A stretch of 64,000 nt of DNA from Escherichia coli (GTDB taxonomy: Bacteria; Pseudomonadota; Gammaproteobacteria; Enterobacterales; Enterobacteriaceae), in assembly GCF_001677475.2 (NCBI RefSeq), contig NZ_CP015229.1. One strand, 5' to 3'. This document shows positions 56,211-64,000 of the stretch, one piece after another. The translations under genes and the position numbers were made by a program. Each line of letters starts with the position of its first letter. Within the stretch, counting starts at the first letter, position 1. A model generated the notes under the pieces. The model searched no databases, was not told the origin of the DNA, and saw only the letters and a program-made list of their open reading frames with translations.

Positions 56211-58582
56211 TTCAGTTCAGCCAGGCTTAACCAGGTTTGCACCACGGTGTCCGGATTCAGAGACAGGCTATCGATCCCCTCTTCCATCAACCATGCGGCA
56301 AAGTCTTCGTGGTCGGACGGGCCCTGACCGCAAATCCCGACATATTTGCCCTGTTTCTTCGCGGCACGGATAGCCATCGACAGCAATGCTTTCACCGCAT
56401 CGTTGCGCTCATCGAACAGTTCAGACACCACGCCGGAGTCACGGTCCAGGCCGAGCGCCAGCTGCGTCATATCGTTTGAGCCAATTGAGAAGCCGTCGAA
56501 ATATTCGAGGAACTGCTCTGCCAGCAAGGCGTTGGACGGGATTTCACACATCATGATGATTTTCAGCCCGTTCTCACCACGTTTCAGCCCCTGACGCGCC
56601 AGTTCCTCAACCACCGCTTTCGCCTGATCTACGGTACGCACGAACGGGATCATGATCTCAACGTTGGTCAGCCCCATGTCGTTGCGCACACGTTTCACTG
56701 CTTCACACTCCAGCGCGAAACAGTCGCGGAAGCTGTCGGAAACATAGCGGCCCGCGCCACGGAAGCCGAGCATCGGGTTCTCTTCATCTGGCTCGTAACG
56801 CTCACCACCGACCAGGTTGGCATATTCGTTCGATTTAAAATCAGAGAGACGGACAATGACGCGCTTCGGATAAAACGCGGCACCCAGCGTCGCGATCCCT
56901 TCAGTCAGACGACCAACGTAAAATTCACGCGGAGAATCAAAACCTTTCATCATCTCGCGGATTTCGTTTTGCAACTGCGGTTCCTGATCGTCAAACTCAA
57001 GCAGTGCGCGTGGGTGGACGCCAATCATACGGTTGATGATAAATTCCAGACGCGCAAGGCCCACGCCTTCGTTCGGCAGGCAGGCGAAGTCGAAAGCACG
57101 GTCCGGGTTACCGACGTTCATCATCACTTTCAACGGCAGATCCGGCATCGTTTCTACGCTGGAGCTTTTCACGCTAAATTCCAGCAACTCCGCATAGACG
57201 TAACCAGTATCACCTTCGGCACAAGAAACAGTGACGTTCTCACCGTCTTTCATCCGTTCTGTTGCATCACCACAGCCCACTACCGCCGGAATGCCCAGTT
57301 CACGAGCGATGATCGCCGCGTGACAGGTACGACCGCCACGGTTGGTGACGATGGCAGATGCTTTCTTCATGATCGGTTCCCAGTCCGGGTCGGTCATGTC
57401 AGTGACCAGCACGTCACCAGGTTCGATGCGGTTCATTTCGCTGATGTCATGGATGACTTTCACCGGACCCGCACCGATGCGATGACCGATAGCACGGCCT
57501 TCGGCGATAATCTTACCCTGTGAATGCAGCGTATAACGCTCCATGACCTGACCGCGTGAGCGCACGGTTTCCGGACGCGCCTGCACAATGAACAGTTTAC
57601 CGGTGTGGCCATCTTTCGCCCACTCAATATCCATCGGGCGACCGTAGTGTTTCTCAATTTGTACGGCCTGTTTTGCCAGTTCCTGCACTTCTTCGTTGGT
57701 CAGCGAGAAGATGTCACGCTGTTCCTGCGGTACGTCTTCGATTTTAACCTGCTTGCCGTGCTCCTGGGTCGGCGCGTAGACCATGCGTATTTTTTTCGAC
57801 CCCATGGTGCGGCGCACGATAGCCGGGCGATTCGCCGCCAGTGTCGGTTTATGCACGTAAAACTCATCCGGGTTAACCGCACCCTGCACGACCATTTCCC
57901 CAAGGCCCCATGCGGAAGTGATAAATACCACCTGGTCAAAGCCGGATTCGGTATCAATGGAGAACATCACGCCAGAAGATGCGAGGTCGGAGCGCACCAT
58001 CCGCTGAACACCGGCAGAGAGAGCCACGCCACGGTGATCGTAACCCTGGTGCACACGATAAGAGATGGCGCGATCGTTAAACAGAGAAGCAAATACATGC
58101 TTCACTGCCACGAGAACGGCGTCAAAACCCTGAACGTTGAGGAAGGTTTCCTGCTGACCGGCAAAGGAAGCGTCCGGCATGTCTTCTGCGGTGGCGGAGG
58201 AGCGTACCGCAAAAGAGGCGTTTTCGTCATCGGCGGAAAGCTGTGCATAGGCTTCGCGGATGGCGTTTTCCAGCTCAGGCTGGAAGGGAGTGTCGATAAT
58301 CCACTGGCGGATTTGCGCGCCCGCTTTCGCAAGCTGAGTAACATCGTCAATATCCGTTTTATCCAGCAGTTCATAAATGCGCTGGTTTACGCCGCTTTGG
58401 TCCAGAAACTGGTTAAACGCGTCGGCGGTTGTGGCGAAACCATTCGGAACGGAAACACCCATCCCAGAAAGGTTAGTAATCATTTCACCCAGGGAGGCAT
58501 TTTTGCCCCCAACCCTGTCTACATCATTCATGCCGAGTTGGTTATACCAAAGCACCAGCGGTGACGAGCCATTGTTGGACAT
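56204..58582 (-). CDS. ppsA: Phosphoenolpyruvate synthase
   Basis: 792 aa with pyruvate,phosphate dikinase-type domains. Confidence 0.97.
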   Translation of the reverse strand: MSNNGSSPLVLWYNQLGMNDVDRVGGKNASLGEMITNLSGMGVSVPNGFATTADAFNQFLDQSGVNQRIYELLDKTDIDDVTQLAKAGAQIRQWIIDTPFQPELENAIREAYAQLSADDENASFAVRSSATAEDMPDASFAGQQETFLNVQGFDAVLVAVKHVFASLFNDRAISYRVHQGYDHRGVALSAGVQRMVRSDLASSGVMFSIDTESGFDQVVFITSAWGLGEMVVQGAVNPDEFYVHKPTLAANRPAIVRRTMGSKKIRMVYAPTQEHGKQVKIEDVPQEQRDIFSLTNEEVQELAKQAVQIEKHYGRPMDIEWAKDGHTGKLFIVQARPETVRSRGQVMERYTLHSQGKIIAEGRAIGHRIGAGPVKVIHDISEMNRIEPGDVLVTDMTDPDWEPIMKKASAIVTNRGGRTCHAAIIARELGIPAVVGCGDATERMKDGENVTVSCAEGDTGYVYAELLEFSVKSSSVETMPDLPLKVMMNVGNPDRAFDFACLPNEGVGLARLEFIINRMIGVHPRALLEFDDQEPQLQNEIREMMKGFDSPREFYVGRLTEGIATLGAAFYPKRVIVRLSDFKSNEYANLVGGERYEPDEENPMLGFRGAGRYVSDSFRDCFALECEAVKRVRNDMGLTNVEIMIPFVRTVDQAKAVVEELARQGLKRGENGLKIIMMCEIPSNALLAEQFLEYFDGFSIGSNDMTQLALGLDRDSGVVSELFDERNDAVKALLSMAIRAAKKQGKYVGICGQGPSDHEDFAAWLMEEGIDSLSLNPDTVVQTWLSLAELKK

Positions 58583-58668
58583 CGAACAATCCTTTTGTGA
58601 TAAATGAACGGTTTGAGAAACACATTTCTGCGCATTTATCTTTGCATATTTAACCGGATGAAAAAAAC

Positions 58669-58684
58669 GGTGAATCGTTCAAGC
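58669..58684. promoter_or_regulatory. Putative Cra (FruR) activator site in the ppsA promoter
   Basis: GGTGAATCGTTCAAGC fits the Cra consensus RSTGAAWCSNTHHW. Confidence 0.45.
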
Positions 58685-58913
58685 AAATATATTTTTTACT
58701 TTTTAAGACTGATCCCAGCGTTGCGCAAATCTGCTCTCTTCGACAATTTCCACATAAACCATCGGTATAAACGAAACCATAAAAATGAAATGCTGTTTTC
58801 ATAAAAAATAAAATTGAAGGTTCATTTTATAATCCAGACATAACGTCCTACGCTTCTGTGCGTTTTTAATTTATGCTTTCATAGAATTATGTCTGCATCA
58901 CGGGAAGAACAAA

Positions 58914-59747
58914 ATGGATAATGCTGTTGATCGCCACGTTTTTTATATTTCTGATGGTACGGCAATAACTGCGGAGGTATTAGGACACGCAGTAATGTCA
59001 CAATTTCCCGTCACTATCAGCAGCATTACGCTGCCGTTTGTCGAAAATGAGAGCCGTGCACGGGCAGTGAAGGAGCAGATTGACGCAATTTATCACCAGA
59101 CAGGTGTGCGCCCGCTGGTCTTCTACTCCATCGTGTTGCCTGAGATTCGCGCCATCATCTTGCAAAGTGAAGGCTTTTGCCAGGATATTGTTCAGGCGCT
59201 GGTTGCCCCGCTACAACAAGAGATGAAACTGGATCCAACGCCGATTGCTCATCGTACCCATGGCCTTAACCCTAATAATCTCAATAAATATGATGCGCGC
59301 ATTGCGGCGATTGATTACACCCTCGCCCACGATGACGGCATTTCGTTGCGCAATCTGGACCAGGCTCAGGTGATCCTGCTCGGTGTTTCTCGCTGTGGTA
59401 AAACCCCCACCAGTCTGTATCTGGCAATGCAGTTTGGTATCCGCGCGGCAAACTACCCCTTTATTGCCGACGATATGGACAACCTGGTGCTACCCACGTC
59501 GCTCAAACCGCTTCAGCATAAATTGTTCGGCCTGACTATCGACCCAGAGCGGCTGGCGGCAATTCGTGAAGAGCGTCGGGAGAACAGTCGCTACGCCTCG
59601 CTTCGTCAGTGCAGGATGGAAGTCGCGGAAGTGGAAGCGTTGTACCGTAAAAATCAGATCCCGTGGATTAACAGTACCAATTATTCGGTAGAAGAGATTG
59701 CCACCAAGATCCTCGATATCATGGGTCTTAGCCGCCGAATGTACTAG
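58914..59747 (+). CDS. ppsR: PEP synthase regulatory protein (bifunctional kinase/pyrophosphorylase)
   Basis: 277 aa with P-loop GVSRCGKT; divergent from ppsA. Confidence 0.95.
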   Translation: MDNAVDRHVFYISDGTAITAEVLGHAVMSQFPVTISSITLPFVENESRARAVKEQIDAIYHQTGVRPLVFYSIVLPEIRAIILQSEGFCQDIVQALVAPLQQEMKLDPTPIAHRTHGLNPNNLNKYDARIAAIDYTLAHDDGISLRNLDQAQVILLGVSRCGKTPTSLYLAMQFGIRAANYPFIADDMDNLVLPTSLKPLQHKLFGLTIDPERLAAIREERRENSRYASLRQCRMEVAEVEALYRKNQIPWINSTNYSVEEIATKILDIMGLSRRMY

Positions 59748-59758
59748 AGAACTAGTGC
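59741..59758. promoter_or_regulatory. TrpR operator of aroH
   Basis: GTACTAGAGAACTAGTGC matches the trp operator palindrome GTACTAGTT-AACTAGTAC; it overlaps the ppsR stop codon. Confidence 0.75.
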
Positions 59759-59903
59759 ATTAGCTTGTTTTTTTGTTATCATGCTAACCACCCGGCGAGG
59801 TGTGACACACCTCGCACTTGAAATCAGCAGCGATTGGTTTATCGTGATGCGCATCACTTCCCGGCAGTCCTGCCGTAGAAGCAACAAATTTCTGAGACTT
59901 GTA

Positions 59904-60950
59904 ATGAACAGAACTGACGAACTCCGTACTGCGCGTATTGAGAGCCTGGTAACGCCCGCCGAACTCGCGCTACGGTATCCCGTAACGCCTGGCGTCGCCA
60001 CCCATGTCACCGACTCCCGCCGCAGAATTGAAAAAATACTGAATGGTGAAGATAAGCGACTGTTGGTCATTATTGGCCCCTGCTCGATCCACGATCTCAC
60101 CGCTGCAATGGAGTACGCCACCCGTCTGCAGTCGCTGCGCAACCAGTACCAGTCACGGCTGGAAATCGTAATGCGCACCTATTTTGAAAAACCACGAACT
60201 GTTGTCGGCTGGAAAGGACTAATCTCCGATCCGGATTTAAACGGTAGCTATCGGGTAAATCACGGTCTGGAGCTGGCGCGCAAATTACTTTTACAGGTAA
60301 ATGAGCTGGGCGTCCCTACCGCGACTGAGTTCCTCGATATGGTGACCGGTCAGTTTATTGCTGATTTAATCAGTTGGGGCGCGATTGGCGCACGTACTAC
60401 CGAAAGTCAGATCCACCGTGAAATGGCTTCGGCACTCTCCTGTCCGGTAGGTTTTAAAAATGGTACCGATGGCAACACGCGGATTGCCGTAGATGCTATC
60501 CGCGCAGCCCGCGCCAGCCATATGTTCCTCTCGCCAGACAAAAACGGTCAGATGACCATCTATCAGACCAGTGGCAACCCGTATGGCCATATTATTATGC
60601 GTGGCGGCAAAAAACCGAATTACCATGCCGATGATATCGCCGCAGCCTGCAATACGCTGCACGAGTTTGATTTACCTGAACATCTGGTGGTGGATTTCAG
60701 CCACGGTAACTGCCAGAAGCAGCACCGTCGCCAGTTAGAAGTTTGTGAGGATATTTGTCAGCAAATCCGCAATGGCTCTACGGCGATTGCTGGAATTATG
60801 GCGGAAAGTTTCCTGCGCGAAGGAACGCAAAAAATCGTCGGCGGTCAGCCGCTCACTTACGGTCAATCGATTACCGACCCGTGTCTGGGCTGGGAAGATA
60901 CCGAACGCCTGGTCGAAAAACTCGCCTCTGCGGTAGATACCCGCTTCTGA
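59904..60950 (+). CDS. aroH: DAHP synthase, Trp-sensitive
   Basis: 348 aa from MNRTDELRTARIESLVTPAEL; the track ORF has an upstream extension. Confidence 0.97.
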   Translation: MNRTDELRTARIESLVTPAELALRYPVTPGVATHVTDSRRRIEKILNGEDKRLLVIIGPCSIHDLTAAMEYATRLQSLRNQYQSRLEIVMRTYFEKPRTVVGWKGLISDPDLNGSYRVNHGLELARKLLLQVNELGVPTATEFLDMVTGQFIADLISWGAIGARTTESQIHREMASALSCPVGFKNGTDGNTRIAVDAIRAARASHMFLSPDKNGQMTIYQTSGNPYGHIIMRGGKKPNYHADDIAAACNTLHEFDLPEHLVVDFSHGNCQKQHRRQLEVCEDICQQIRNGSTAIAGIMAESFLREGTQKIVGGQPLTYGQSITDPCLGWEDTERLVEKLASAVDTRF

Positions 60951-61081
60951 ATGCGTGCCCATTCCTGACGGAATGGGCACTTCTGCGCAACTTGTTGTCT
61001 TCTCAACACATTACTGCTTGCTCTGGCCCGCTATAATATTGATAATAAGAATCATTGTTATATCAATTATTATTAATTTTT

Positions 61082-61273
61082 ATGCGTTATACGGATAGCA
61101 GAAAACTCACGCCTGAAACGGATGCCAATCACAAGACCGCTTCCCCGCAGCCCATCCGGCGAATAACCAGCCAGACACTGTTAGGGCCGGATGGCAAACT
61201 GATTATCGATCATGACGGGCAAGAATATCTGCTCCGTAAAACTCAGGCTGGCAAGCTGCTGTTGACCAAGTAG
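61082..61273 (+). CDS. ydiE: YdiE (HemP-like small protein)
   Basis: 63 aa from MRYTDSRKL. Confidence 0.8.
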   Translation: MRYTDSRKLTPETDANHKTASPQPIRRITSQTLLGPDGKLIIDHDGQEYLLRKTQAGKLLLTK

Positions 61274-61276
61274 CCT

Positions 61277-62752
<1,476 letters not shown>

Positions 62753-62775
62753 TTAAACACCAGCAAACAGGAGGG

Positions 62776-63489
62776 TTATCGCTGAACCAACGTCGTTATC
62801 TGATTTACAGGAACGGCAGGCCACAGGCATCCCTGGAGAGCATGGAAATCGAAGGGGGTAATCTGTGCCATTATTTCTGGCGTATCAATGCCCCCCGCGA
62901 TGATGCAATTGCAACATGGGGAAATTTGCGCCTGGATCGCACGAATAAACGGTTCGAAGGAGCGATGCGTGATTTGTTGCTGAATAAAACTTTTATCCAG
63001 CATGACGCGGGTGAAAAGACCATCAAAAACCGCTTTCATTGTGCTATTGCCTGCGCCCAAATTACCTAACACAAGGGGATACATTTGCGATAAGGACAAA
63101 AGATCGCGATTATCTTTTCCTTCATCGAGATGCGGGTAATTCTCATTAATCAACAGTTCAATAAACGGATATTTTAATAGTTCGCCCGCGTAATTATCCC
63201 TGTCTAATAATAATGTAGCCACTTGTGGCGTTAAATTAAGCCAGGCAAAGAGTTTATGTTGAATAAAAAAGTGTTGGCATGATTTTAGTAATTCCAACTG
63301 CTCTGAAAATAATTGCCAATGTTGCTCCTCGGTAAGTTGCGCTATAACCCGACTCGTCGGGATACGAACCGTACCATCTTCACTGGAGAAATGGGTAATT
63401 AACTCAACGCCGACAAGGTCTTGCTGGTTATCTCTTATCGGCAGGAAATAGCAATCAGAATGATAAAGATTCTCCAAAAAAATCTTCAT
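62776..63489 (-). CDS. ydiV: Anti-FlhD4C2 factor YdiV (degenerate EAL domain)
   Basis: 237 aa ORF matching YdiV. Confidence 0.93.
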   Translation of the reverse strand: MKIFLENLYHSDCYFLPIRDNQQDLVGVELITHFSSEDGTVRIPTSRVIAQLTEEQHWQLFSEQLELLKSCQHFFIQHKLFAWLNLTPQVATLLLDRDNYAGELLKYPFIELLINENYPHLDEGKDNRDLLSLSQMYPLVLGNLGAGNSTMKAVFDGLFTRVMLDKSFIQQQITHRSFEPFIRAIQAQISPCCNCIIAGGIDTPEIMAQITPFDFHALQGCLWPAVPVNQITTLVQR

Positions 63490-63735
63490 GGTAACCGTCC
63501 CTCTCGAAGGATGTTTTTCAGTATCCGGCTAAAAGGGATGAGGCCATAAGACATAACAATTACAGAAGGAGTAACTTTCATTTGTTCCATGTTAACCACT
63601 TTTTCAGGGGTCCTTTTTTTAGATTATCCTGATTATAAACGAATAATCCATTTACGGAATTTTTGTCTGCAAAATACTACTGTATTCTGGAGTAAATTGA
63701 CGGCGATGTATCATCGCCGTCAATTTTTCGACATA

Positions 63736-64000
63736 CTAGATTCGTCTCGCCTGCCAGAAATTTTTCTGCCAATAGACATTATCAAGTGAGGAACGCATCA
63801 CTCCCTTGCTGGTAGAGGCGTGGATAAATTGGTTGTTGGTATCATAAATACCTACATGCAAACCATTTTGTCCGGAGCCCGTTTTGAAAAAGACCAGGTC
63901 ACCTGGCAGCAACTCGTCTTTATCAATTTGCGTGCCGATAGAGGCTTGTTGTTTGGTTTCACGGGGCAGCTGCAAATCGAAACGATCGCGCATCGTCACA
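63736..64000 (-). CDS. nlpC: NlpC lipoprotein (NlpC/P60 hydrolase), C-terminal part only; 5' end lies beyond the window edge
   Basis: C-terminal 87 aa with the NlpC/P60 His region (LVFFKTGSGQNGLHVGIY). Confidence 0.85.
   Translation of the reverse strand, partial: VTMRDRFDLQLPRETKQQASIGTQIDKDELLPGDLVFFKTGSGQNGLHVGIYDTNNQFIHASTSKGVMRSSLDNVYWQKNFWQARRI

Noticed and set aside
57605-58564. 319-aa plus-strand ORF (and 56969..57523) antisense to ppsA.
   Set aside because: Embedded in ppsA on the opposite strand; low-complexity Arg/His-rich translation.

Overview
This window reads as a conserved Escherichia coli K-12-type chromosomal segment running from the interior of lhr to the 3' end of nlpC, and I did not find a wholly novel system in it. 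Gene order and protein lengths match the known K-12 order (lhr, grxD, mepH, sodB, ydhP, ynhF, purR, punR, punC, cfa, ribC, mdtK, ydhQ, valV-valW, ydhR, ydhS, ydhTUXWVY, fumD, pykF, lpp, ldtE, sufEDCSBA, rydB, ydiH, menI, ydiJ, ydiK, rprA, ydiL, ydiM, ydiN, ydiB, aroD, ydiF, ydiO, ydiP, ydiQRST, fadK, ppsA, ppsR, aroH, ydiE, selO, ydiV, nlpC). Gene identities are recognised from the supplied translations and from memory of the K-12 map; no database search was run. The one clear departure from the reference arrangement is a roughly 2.4 kb IS21-family insertion sequence (istA/istB, minus orientation) inside lhr, flanked by a 7-8 bp direct repeat, which splits the helicase gene. The second point worth checking is that the first of the two tandem tRNA-Val genes appears to carry one extra T in its T-loop (78 nt against 77 nt for the neighbouring copy). 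Other observations are the FNR-box-containing ydhYVWXUT operon with a strongly repetitive YdhT, the ydiFOP/ydiQRST-fadK electron-transfer-flavoprotein cluster, and several recognisable operator sites (PurR, TrpR, Fur, Cra). Coordinates of small regulatory features were counted by hand and may be off by a base or two.
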